Origin: Flavobacteriaceae bacterium
GTDB lineage: Bacteria; Bacteroidota; Bacteroidia; Flavobacteriales; Flavobacteriaceae
DNA: 64,000 bases
NCBI GenBank assembly: GCA_029252345.1
Contig: JAQXBP010000088.1
Coordinates: forward strand, 71-64,070
Direction: 5' to 3'
Shown: piece by piece, positions 51,407 to 61,346 of the stretch
Numbering within the stretch: the first letter of the stretch is position 1
Layout: each line of letters starts with the position of its first letter
Notes under the pieces: model-generated
Database searches by the model: none
Told to the model about the DNA's origin: nothing
What the model saw: only the letters and a program-made list of their open reading frames with translations
Made by a program: the position numbers and the translations under genes

Positions 51407-52007
51407 ACTAGAAAAAATTACTTCATTATTTAATAAAAAATTACACTTACTTTTTTTTCTTTTTTTAACCTTTTGTACTAATGTTGAGGAAAAAAGTTTA
51501 AAACCAGTTACTGTTTGGGAGTTCAGAGAGTTTGTAAACGAATCAAATTATCAAACAGATGCCGAAAGATATGGTTGGTCAATAGTTCAGACAGATGTAT
51601 ATAACTACGAAATTATAAATGGTGCTAATTGGAGAACGCCAGATGGAATTAACCCCTCTATTGATAGTCTACCTGTTACACAGGTCAGTTACAATGATGC
51701 AATTGAATATTCTAAATGGGCTGGTGTTAGCCTTCCTACATATGATCAATATTGGGATATAGTTGCAAGCGATAAAAGATTAATAGTTTCAGACAATATG
51801 TATCCAGTTTCTCCTGTAGCAGATGTAAATGTTATAGGAAATGTATGGGATATAACAGACTCTAAGAATACAGATCAAGTTAGGTTAGCTGGTGGTTCTC
51901 TCTTTTGCTCAATTGATACCTGTCATGGAACACAAGAAGAAAGAGAATTATATGTTGATAAAGAAACTGGTAATATTCACATTGGATTTAGTATTTTAAC
52001 GGAATAA
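51399..52007 (+). CDS. Formylglycine-generating enzyme family protein, unusually short (202 aa), lipoprotein-like signal
   Basis: FGE-sulfatase domain landmarks VTVWEFREFVNESNYQTDAERYGWS, ANWRTPDG, PVTQVSYNDAIEYSKWAGVSLPT, GNVWDIT and GGSLFCSIDTCHG (C-x4-C). N-terminus LLFFLFLTFC. Overlaps the third sulfatase by 8 nt. Confidence 0.75.
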   Translation: MIKLEKITSLFNKKLHLLFFLFLTFCTNVEEKSLKPVTVWEFREFVNESNYQTDAERYGWSIVQTDVYNYEIINGANWRTPDGINPSIDSLPVTQVSYNDAIEYSKWAGVSLPTYDQYWDIVASDKRLIVSDNMYPVSPVADVNVIGNVWDITDSKNTDQVRLAGGSLFCSIDTCHGTQEERELYVDKETGNIHIGFSILTE

Positions 52008-52466
52008 ATGAAATATACACCTAATAAAATAAATAGATGGATGCTTTTTAAGCTTCCTGCTGCCTGGTTAACTGGCGTAAGACTTACTTTAATTGATGAA
52101 AGTAAATGTGAAGTCAAAGTTAGATTTAAATGGATTAATCAAAATCCTTATCGATCTATGTTTTGGGCTGTTCAGGCAATGGCTGCAGAGCTAACGACAG
52201 GTATGCTTTTAACAAAATCTATTCAAGACTCAAACTCTGATATCTCAATGTTACTCGTTAGTAATAAATCAAGTTTTTATAAAAAAGCAGTAGGTAAAAT
52301 AACTTTTGTCTGTGATGAAGGTGAAATTGCAAAACAATTAATAAATTCGACTATTAAAAATACTACATCTAAGTCATGGTTTAAGGCTAAAGGGTATGAT
52401 GAAGCTGGAGACCAAGTCTCTGAGTTTGATTTTGAGTGGTCATGTAAAAAAAGAAAAAATGGATAA
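52008..52466 (+). CDS. Hotdog-fold / DUF4442-like protein
   Basis: 152 aa. FKLPAAWLTGVRLTLIDESKCEVKVRFKWINQNPYRSMFWAVQAMAAELTTG resembles DUF4442 thioesterase-fold proteins. Assigned from memory of the family pattern only. Confidence 0.5.
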   Translation: MKYTPNKINRWMLFKLPAAWLTGVRLTLIDESKCEVKVRFKWINQNPYRSMFWAVQAMAAELTTGMLLTKSIQDSNSDISMLLVSNKSSFYKKAVGKITFVCDEGEIAKQLINSTIKNTTSKSWFKAKGYDEAGDQVSEFDFEWSCKKRKNG

Positions 52467-53436
52467 AGATTTTTATACTAAACTTAATATGCCTGTAATT
52501 GCAGCTCCACTATTTTTAATCTCAGGCCCTAAACTGGTTATTGAATGTTGTAAAAAAGGGATAGTTGGAACTTTTCCAGCATTAAATCAGAGAACTTCGG
52601 AAGGATTTGAGGAGTGGGTTGTACAGATTAAGGATGAACTTTCTAAGTTTAAGGAAGATACAGGTATAGAGCCTGCTCCATTTGGTGTAAATTTAATTGT
52701 CCATCCATCTAATATTAGAATTAAGGCAGATCTGGACATTTGTGTAAAACATAAAGTTCCTTTGATTATTACATCACTTGGAGCAGTTCCGGATATTGTA
52801 AATGCAGTTCACAGCTATGGAGGGTTAGTTTTTCATGATATTATCAAAAAAAGACATGCTGAAAAAGCAGCTGAGGCAAATGTTGATGGTTTAGTTCTTG
52901 TTACTGCTGGTGCTGGGGGTCATTCTGGATTGAAAAACCCTATGGCAATGATTTCTTTAATTAAAAAGTTTTTTAAGAAAACAATCATTTTATCAGGATC
53001 AATATCTAATGGAAGAGACATAGCATCTGCTCTTCAAATGGGTGCTGATATTGCTTATATGGGTACTAGGTTTATAAATACAAAAGAAAGCATGGCCGAA
53101 GAAGAGTATAAAGAAATGATAATCAATTCTTCTGCGGAAGACATTGTCTATACAGCTGCTGTATCAGGTGTTCATGCTAATTTCTTAAGACCTAGTTTAG
53201 AAGCAATGGGTGTAACTGAGGATGTTTGGAATGATTCAAAAAAAATTGATTTCGGCAAGGATATGGCTGAAGCTGAAGCTAAGGCATGGAAGACAATATG
53301 GTCTGCAGGACATGGTGTGAGCTCAATTAATGATAATCCTACGACAAAAGACCTAGTTGATAACCTTAAGAAAGAGTTTATAGAGTCAATAGAATCTCAG
53401 AAAAAGAATTTAGATTTTAGCAAAAATATTTACTAA
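52459..53436 (+). CDS. Nitronate monooxygenase / 2-nitropropane dioxygenase family FMN oxidoreductase
   Basis: MPVIAAPLFLISGPKLVIECCKKGIVGTFP, VTAGAGGHSG and IAYMGTRFI TIM-barrel motifs. Start at ATG 52459 (overlaps the upstream stop) rather than 52396. Confidence 0.75.
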   Translation: MDKDFYTKLNMPVIAAPLFLISGPKLVIECCKKGIVGTFPALNQRTSEGFEEWVVQIKDELSKFKEDTGIEPAPFGVNLIVHPSNIRIKADLDICVKHKVPLIITSLGAVPDIVNAVHSYGGLVFHDIIKKRHAEKAAEANVDGLVLVTAGAGGHSGLKNPMAMISLIKKFFKKTIILSGSISNGRDIASALQMGADIAYMGTRFINTKESMAEEEYKEMIINSSAEDIVYTAAVSGVHANFLRPSLEAMGVTEDVWNDSKKIDFGKDMAEAEAKAWKTIWSAGHGVSSINDNPTTKDLVDNLKKEFIESIESQKKNLDFSKNIY

Positions 53437-53442
53437 TATATA

Positions 53443-53925
53443 ATGCTTGAAATTTTAACAACCGGAGGTACTATCGATAAAGTTTATTTTGATAAAAAAA
53501 GTAACTATGAAGTTGGTGACCCTTTCGTAGAAGAATTACTTCATAAAATGAATGTAAATATTTCTTTTAAGGTTAAATCTTTAATGAGAATTGATAGTTT
53601 AGATATGACTGATATTCATCGTGTGGAAATCTTAAACTACATAATGAATTCTAATTCAAATAATTTTTTGATAACTCATGGAACAGATTCTATTGTTGAA
53701 ACTGCTATTTACTTAAAAAAAATTTCAGATAAAACAATTGTTCTTACGGGCTCATTGAAACCTGCAATATTTATTGATAATGATGCTATTTTTAACGTTG
53801 GATCAGCTTTGACTTCTGCTCAAATTTTAAAAAAGGGAGTTTATATAGTAATAAATGGTCAGGTATTCAATCCGGATAATGTTAGAAAGAATTTAGAGAA
53901 AAATATTTTTGAAACAATTAATTAG
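53443..53925 (+). CDS. Asparaginase-family single-domain protein (N-terminal domain only, 160 aa)
   Basis: Nucleophile motif ILTTGGTIDK, second Thr motif ITHGTDSIVETA and LTGSLKP. Confidence 0.65.
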   Translation: MLEILTTGGTIDKVYFDKKSNYEVGDPFVEELLHKMNVNISFKVKSLMRIDSLDMTDIHRVEILNYIMNSNSNNFLITHGTDSIVETAIYLKKISDKTIVLTGSLKPAIFIDNDAIFNVGSALTSAQILKKGVYIVINGQVFNPDNVRKNLEKNIFETIN

Positions 53926-54607
53926 TTAATGACTTTATTGCAGATATAGAATATATTGCTGCTGTTTCTGTTCTTAATCTATTCTTTCCCAAAGTAATTT
54001 CTTTGACATTACTTTCTAAAGCGTGAATAATTTCTTTATCTGAAAATCCTCCTTCAGGACCTATCATTAAACATATATTATTACTCTTTATAAAACCTTT
54101 ATCTAATTTATTATCTGTTTTCATATTTGCCATAATCTTTTCATCATTATTATTTGAAATAAAACTTAGATAATCCTCTACATCATTTATAATAGGTTTA
54201 TAGCATTGATTTGATTGTTTCATTGAACTAATTATTATTCTTTCTAATCTTTCAATGTTAACATTCTTTTTCTCAGTGAATTCTGAAATTATTGGAGTTA
54301 TTTGATTAATCCCTAGCTCAGTTGCTTTTTCAACAAACCATTCAAACCTTGAACTATTCTTTAACGGAGAAATTGCAACATGAATTGATAACTTATCTCG
54401 TTTGTAATTAATAATCCTCTTAATTTCAACCTTAATGTTTTTACCTTTTTCAAGTATTTCTGCCTCACATATTGAACCTTTTCCATTTGTTATCTTGATT
54501 AGTTCACCTATATTTTTTCTAAATGACTTAGTTATATGTTTACTATCAATTTGATTAATAGTAATTAATTTATCCTCGGTTTCAAAATTTGAATAAAATA
54601 AGTCCAT
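53918..54607 (-). CDS. rsmE: 16S rRNA (uracil1498-N3)-methyltransferase RsmE
   Basis: PUA-like N-domain (HITKSFRKNIGELIKITNGKG) and SPOUT C-domain with MIGPEGGFSDKEI and LGKNRLRTETAA. Confidence 0.85.
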   Translation of the reverse strand: MDLFYSNFETEDKLITINQIDSKHITKSFRKNIGELIKITNGKGSICEAEILEKGKNIKVEIKRIINYKRDKLSIHVAISPLKNSSRFEWFVEKATELGINQITPIISEFTEKKNVNIERLERIIISSMKQSNQCYKPIINDVEDYLSFISNNNDEKIMANMKTDNKLDKGFIKSNNICLMIGPEGGFSDKEIIHALESNVKEITLGKNRLRTETAAIYSISAIKSLTN

Positions 54608-55626
54608 TAGAAAGTTAATCTTGGTGATGGTGTTATGTTTAAGCTCGATTCAATTGATTCTTTATATTTTAAATGGCCTACTATTGCAATCATCGCTGCA
54701 TTATCTGTTGTGTATTGAGGCTCAGGAATAAAAACATCCCAATCATTTTCTTTAGATTCAATGTGTAATCTTTTTTTTAAGTATGAATTAGCTGAAACAC
54801 CTCCACCAAAAACTATTGTTTTTAGATTATTTTCACTTGAAAGTGATTCAACTTTATGTAATAAGTTGTCAATTAAATTTTTTTGAATTGAGGCACATAT
54901 ATCATTTAGATTCTCATCTATAAAATTTTTATTTTGAGTTTTTTCTTTGTGTAGGAAATTTATAAATGCAGTTTTTGTTCCGCTATAACTAATATTACCA
55001 CCTTTAACTTTTGGTAAAGGGAATTTAAATTTTAATTCATCGCCAATTTTAGATAATTTATCTATTTCAGGACCTGCAGGGTATCCTAAACCTATTTTTT
55101 TACCACATTTATCAAAGGCTTCACCTATAGCATCATCTAATGTTTGACCTAAGATCTTCATTTTAAAGTAATCTTTTACTAAAATAAACTGAGTGTGTCC
55201 ACCAGATATAGTTACACCAAGAAAAGGAAATGAAGGTTTTTTTAAATCATTTTTAATGAAGTGGACAAGTAAGTGAGCCTGCATATGATTTACATCTATT
55301 ACAGGTATGTTTAATGATAATCCAAGTCCTTTAGCAAATTCAGCACCTATTATTAATGATCCCATCAAACCTGGCCCTCTTGTAAATGCAATTGCTGAAA
55401 TTTCTTTTACTGAAACATTTGATTTTTTTAAAGCGGAGTCAACTACAGGTATAATATTTGAGAGGTGAGCTCTTGATGCTAATTCAGGAACAACTCCACC
55501 ATATTTTTTATGGATACTTTGGTTAGCTATTACATTAGAAAGAACTCTTCCATTTTTTAATATAGAAGCAGATGTGTCATCACATGATGATTCAATACCA
55601 AGTATATATATATCTTTAATTGACAT
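54607..55626 (-). CDS. tsaD: tRNA N6-adenosine threonylcarbamoyltransferase TsaD
   Basis: ILGIESSCDDTSASI, metal site NHMQAHL and FGGGVSANSYL. Start at 55626 (MSIKDIYILGIESS) rather than 55656. Confidence 0.92.
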   Translation of the reverse strand: MSIKDIYILGIESSCDDTSASILKNGRVLSNVIANQSIHKKYGGVVPELASRAHLSNIIPVVDSALKKSNVSVKEISAIAFTRGPGLMGSLIIGAEFAKGLGLSLNIPVIDVNHMQAHLLVHFIKNDLKKPSFPFLGVTISGGHTQFILVKDYFKMKILGQTLDDAIGEAFDKCGKKIGLGYPAGPEIDKLSKIGDELKFKFPLPKVKGGNISYSGTKTAFINFLHKEKTQNKNFIDENLNDICASIQKNLIDNLLHKVESLSSENNLKTIVFGGGVSANSYLKKRLHIESKENDWDVFIPEPQYTTDNAAMIAIVGHLKYKESIESSLNITPSPRLTF

Positions 55627-55643
55627 TACTATCTTTGTATTAA

Positions 55644-55651
55644 CAAATTTA
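55644..55651 (-). promoter_or_regulatory. Candidate -7 promoter box (TAAATTTG) for tsaD-rsmE
   Basis: Exact TAnnTTTG match on the minus strand, 17 nt upstream of ATG 55626. Confidence 0.35.
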
Positions 55652-55772
55652 AACAAGAATTACCATTAAGAATTCAAAAAAAATAGTTTTAATTACTTCA
55701 GGGATAATAATCCTTGTTGTATCAGCTTTTTTTACAACTATTAATTCTTCAAGTTTTCAAGAGTATGTTAAA

Positions 55773-58700
55773 ATGAGTATAGTAGATTATATTAATAAAA
55801 ATACTACTAGCACAATTCAAATTCAAAATTCAAAATTTAACTTAAAAGGTGAGTTAGTAGTTTCAGATATATTGCTCTCAAATTATAATTCAGATACAAT
55901 TTTAGTATTGGAAACTCTGAAAACAAGGTACATTCCTTTAATTTCAAATAGTCAGTATGATAGCTCACTTTATCTTGAGGGATTACAATTATATTTTAAT
56001 CAAAAAAACAGTGAAGTTGAATCAAGTCCTTTTGATGAAGAAATACTTGATAATTTATTTTTCGATAATCTTTTTGTATCAAATTCTAATTTATTTATAG
56101 TTAATGATTCGATTCAATATTCTGTTGATGTGAATTATCTGAATGTTAATAAAATTGAAAAAAATATAAATGGAGTAAGCTTTGATATATCAACTTTTGC
56201 AGGGGTTATAGACAACTACTCCATTGATCGTTTCGATGGTAAATTTGAATTAAAGAAAGATAGAGTTTCATTTAAAAACTTTTATCTTTCAGATAAAAAG
56301 CAGTATTTAGAGGGAGATCTAGATTTTTATTTAAATGAAGACTTTTCAGTAAATAATTTTAATAATTCTAACATTAGATTTAATCTTAATTCAGAGAACT
56401 TTAAGTTAGATGAGATTATTCTTTCAAATTTTATATCAGGTGAAATAAATTTTTCAGGATCTATAAATAACTTAATAATAAATAAAGCTTTAATCAATAC
56501 GGACTTATTCAATATAGAATCCAAAATAGATATTAAAAATGCACTATCCTCCTCTCCTAATGTTAAAATTGCTTTAGATAATCTGAATTTTAATAAACAG
56601 AGTATAAATTCAAAATATAAGCTTGATAATAGGATTAGTTATCCAGCTATGAACGGGAATTTAATTTTGGATGATAAAACAATTACATATAAATTAAATC
56701 AGATTGATGAATCTAAAACTAAAGTTAATATAAATGGAACAGCAGAATTAGATGATATTTTATCATATAAATTTATTTTTGATGCTGAACTTAATGCAGA
56801 TGACGAGATTTTAGATTATTTAAATTTAAATTCTCTTAATATAAATTCAAGTGTAGACGGAACATCTAAACAATTAAACTTACTTGACTCTTCAATTAAT
56901 ATATTTAAAAACGATAAAGAAATAGAATTAGAAATTAATTCTAGTCTAATTAATAATATTTTAATCGCTGAGATAGATATAGCATCAGAAAACATTATTA
57001 TTAATTCTATTCTGTCAGGTAATACTTTAAACAAATCATATAAGATTAAAAGTGATTTAGATATAAAGAATACTTCTAATTCAGAATTTCTAAATTTTAA
57101 AACAGAAGCAAGTATAGAAGTCAATTTATTAGAGTTAGAAAATATTAAATCGTTTATTTCTCTCCAAAACATTTATTTTAAGAACTCTAATAATGAACTT
57201 TCTTTAGAATCTTTTTCTGAGATTAATAACCTTGTAGACTCTAGTTTTATAAATAATGATAAGGATTATGATTTGACCATTAACTATTTAAATGATAAGT
57301 TCTCTATACAATCTTATTTAGGAGATAAATTTAATTTTTCAGGATATTATAAAAATGAAGATGATTTAGACTTAAATGTGCAAATTTCAAATTTAATGGT
57401 GTCAAACTTTTTTGAAATTAATAGAAATCCTATTAAAGGAAATATATCATCAAATATTAGTGTAAATAGAAATCCTGAAAATAGAACTTTAGATTTTAAA
57501 TCAAGCATTTCTAATATTTCTACACTAGATTATAATATTGGTGATTTAAGTTTGGAGGTCTTTGGAAATACTGATTATAATTCATATTCAGTTAATCTTA
57601 ATTTAACAGATAAAGATTATGATTATATTAATGGAGAGGGTACTATTATAGCTACTAACGATAAACCTAATATAGATATTGATTTACTGGTAAATGATTT
57701 TGATATATCGTTTATTGAAAAAATAGGCTTAAATACAATGTCTAAAATATCTAGCAAAGTATCCGGTGAACTAAATTTATGGGGTGCTTTGGATAACATT
57801 CAGCACAATGGGATACTTTATTTGAATGAATCAAGATTTACTATACCATACATAAATATTGAATACTTGTTATCTGATAATTCTCAGATTACTCTATATA
57901 ATCAAAACTTTGAATTAAATAATATTTCTTTAGGTACTATTGATTCAGAATCAAAAACTACATTAAATGGAAAAATTTTTCATAAAGATTATAAAAATTG
58001 GAATTTAGATCTAGCTTTTAAATCAGACAAATTATATATAATGAATAGAGAGTTTTCTGAAAATCAAAATTTTTATGGAAAAGCATTTATAGGCGGGGAT
58101 ATTTTATTAAACGGTCCAACAAATAATGTTAGTATAAATATTGATGCTATTACAAGGGATGGAACTTCAATAGTGATACCTAATTCTCAAAGTTATTCAG
58201 TTGAAGATTTTTCATTTATTAAATTTAGTGACCTTAATTCTTATTCAAATGTATCAACAACATCTAAAAATCAAATAGCTGAATCTGTAAAAACCTTAGA
58301 TTTAAATATGAATCTTGAAATCAATAATAGTGCAGAAATTGAAATAACTATTGATAAAGAAACTGGAAGCTATATTAGAGGAAGTGGAGATGGTAATTTG
58401 TTTATGGAAATAGATTTAGATGGTAAATTTAATATGTTCGGAGATTTCACTACTAAGGAAGGAATTTATAACTTTAGAAATCTTGCTTTAATTGATAAAA
58501 AATTTCAGTTAAAACAAGGAGGTAGTATAATATGGGACGGTGAACCCTTGGGAGCACAGATGAATATTCAGGCTACATATAATGTTCCTGGAGGAGCAAA
58601 TCCAGCTTTGCTTCTTGATAATCCTAATTTTAATAAAAAAATTCCAACTAACGTTGATATAAACCTTACAGGAGACTTAACAAAACCAAATAGTCCAGAT

Positions 58701-59270
58701 TTTGAAATATTTTTTCCGAATACAAGCAGTACTGTTACATCAGAAATTAATTATAAACTAAATGATCCAGAAGTAAGGCAACTTCAAGCCATTTCTCTTC
58801 TAACTCAAGGAATCTTCATCAATGAGGTCAGTGTATCTATTGAGGGAGTTACTAATAATATTTATGAAAAAGTTTCTGAACTATTTAGTGATGTTCTTGG
58901 AGGTTCTCAGGGTCCTTTGGAAGTAGGTTTAAATTATTTACAAGGTGATAGAAGTGATATCTTAGACATAAAGACTGAAGATAGGTTTGGTGTTACTCTT
59001 TCAACTAAAATCAGTGACAAAATCTTATTCAATGGGAAAATAGGAGTTCCAATTGGTGGAATTGAAGAAACTCTTATAATTGGTGATGTTCAAATAGATT
59101 TTATTTTAAATGAAGATGGGAGTTTAAAAGCAAAAGTTTTTAATAAAGAAAATGAATTTAGATATATTGGAGATGAATTAGGTTACACTCAAGGTCTAGG
59201 TTTATCCTATCAAGTCGACTTCCAAACTTTTAGAGATTTATTATCAAAAATAATATCAAATAATAATTAA
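55773..59270 (+). CDS. tamB: Translocation and assembly module protein TamB (DUF490-type); true start probably upstream, near 55665
   Basis: 1165-aa Asn/Ser/Ile-rich beta-rich protein. Its C-terminal region (GSGDGNLFMEIDLDGKFNMFGDFTTKEGIYNF...WDGEPLGAQMNIQATYNV) is typical of TamB and it sits divergent from tsaD. The in-frame upstream sequence encodes the expected N-terminal membrane anchor but has no ATG/GTG/TTG (see findings). Confidence 0.8.
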   Translation: MSIVDYINKNTTSTIQIQNSKFNLKGELVVSDILLSNYNSDTILVLETLKTRYIPLISNSQYDSSLYLEGLQLYFNQKNSEVESSPFDEEILDNLFFDNLFVSNSNLFIVNDSIQYSVDVNYLNVNKIEKNINGVSFDISTFAGVIDNYSIDRFDGKFELKKDRVSFKNFYLSDKKQYLEGDLDFYLNEDFSVNNFNNSNIRFNLNSENFKLDEIILSNFISGEINFSGSINNLIINKALINTDLFNIESKIDIKNALSSSPNVKIALDNLNFNKQSINSKYKLDNRISYPAMNGNLILDDKTITYKLNQIDESKTKVNINGTAELDDILSYKFIFDAELNADDEILDYLNLNSLNINSSVDGTSKQLNLLDSSINIFKNDKEIELEINSSLINNILIAEIDIASENIIINSILSGNTLNKSYKIKSDLDIKNTSNSEFLNFKTEASIEVNLLELENIKSFISLQNIYFKNSNNELSLESFSEINNLVDSSFINNDKDYDLTINYLNDKFSIQSYLGDKFNFSGYYKNEDDLDLNVQISNLMVSNFFEINRNPIKGNISSNISVNRNPENRTLDFKSSISNISTLDYNIGDLSLEVFGNTDYNSYSVNLNLTDKDYDYINGEGTIIATNDKPNIDIDLLVNDFDISFIEKIGLNTMSKISSKVSGELNLWGALDNIQHNGILYLNESRFTIPYINIEYLLSDNSQITLYNQNFELNNISLGTIDSESKTTLNGKIFHKDYKNWNLDLAFKSDKLYIMNREFSENQNFYGKAFIGGDILLNGPTNNVSINIDAITRDGTSIVIPNSQSYSVEDFSFIKFSDLNSYSNVSTTSKNQIAESVKTLDLNMNLEINNSAEIEITIDKETGSYIRGSGDGNLFMEIDLDGKFNMFGDFTTKEGIYNFRNLALIDKKFQLKQGGSIIWDGEPLGAQMNIQATYNVPGGANPALLLDNPNFNKKIPTNVDINLTGDLTKPNSPDFEIFFPNTSSTVTSEINYKLNDPEVRQLQAISLLTQGIFINEVSVSIEGVTNNIYEKVSELFSDVLGGSQGPLEVGLNYLQGDRSDILDIKTEDRFGVTLSTKISDKILFNGKIGVPIGGIEETLIIGDVQIDFILNEDGSLKAKVFNKENEFRYIGDELGYTQGLGLSYQVDFQTFRDLLSKIISNNN

Positions 59271-59310
59271 TAATTTCAAGTTATTGCTTAATAACCTAAA
59301 ATTTTATAAT

Positions 59311-59318
59311 TAAATTTG
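59311..59318 (+). promoter_or_regulatory. Candidate -7 promoter box (TAAATTTG) for pfkA-gap
   Basis: Exact TAnnTTTG match that overlaps the upstream candidate TTG (59316). It therefore favours the TTG at 59334 as the pfkA start. Confidence 0.35.
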
Positions 59319-59333
59319 TGCAACTTAAAAAAA

Positions 59334-61338
<2,005 letters not shown>

Positions 61339-61346
61339 TATAAAAT

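Noticed and set aside
46566-53925. Search for a direct repeat of the tRNA-Arg 3' end or an integrase that would delimit the sulfatase block as a classic tRNA-integrated island
   Set aside because: No repeat of GGTTCGAATCCTATCGCGATCA-like sequence and no recombinase gene could be found by eye downstream of the block. An island origin remains only a possibility and is mentioned in the findings, not asserted.
869-55656. 5'-extended starts given in the ORF track (869, 3751, 19367, 28446, 30696, 31422, 33804, 45075, 46606, 49772, 52396, 55656)
   Set aside because: The extensions overlap the preceding gene, a terminator (46580-46623) or a promoter box. They also add non-conserved residues ahead of a canonical N-terminus or signal peptide. 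Internal starts were preferred.
55773-59270. Repetitive-looking Asn/Ser/Ile/Leu-rich tamB sequence, considered as a DNA repeat array
   Set aside because: I could find no exact or near-exact nucleotide repeat units of constant length. The repetitiveness is compositional (AT-rich codons in a beta-rich protein). The window has no CRISPR-like repeat-spacer structure anywhere.
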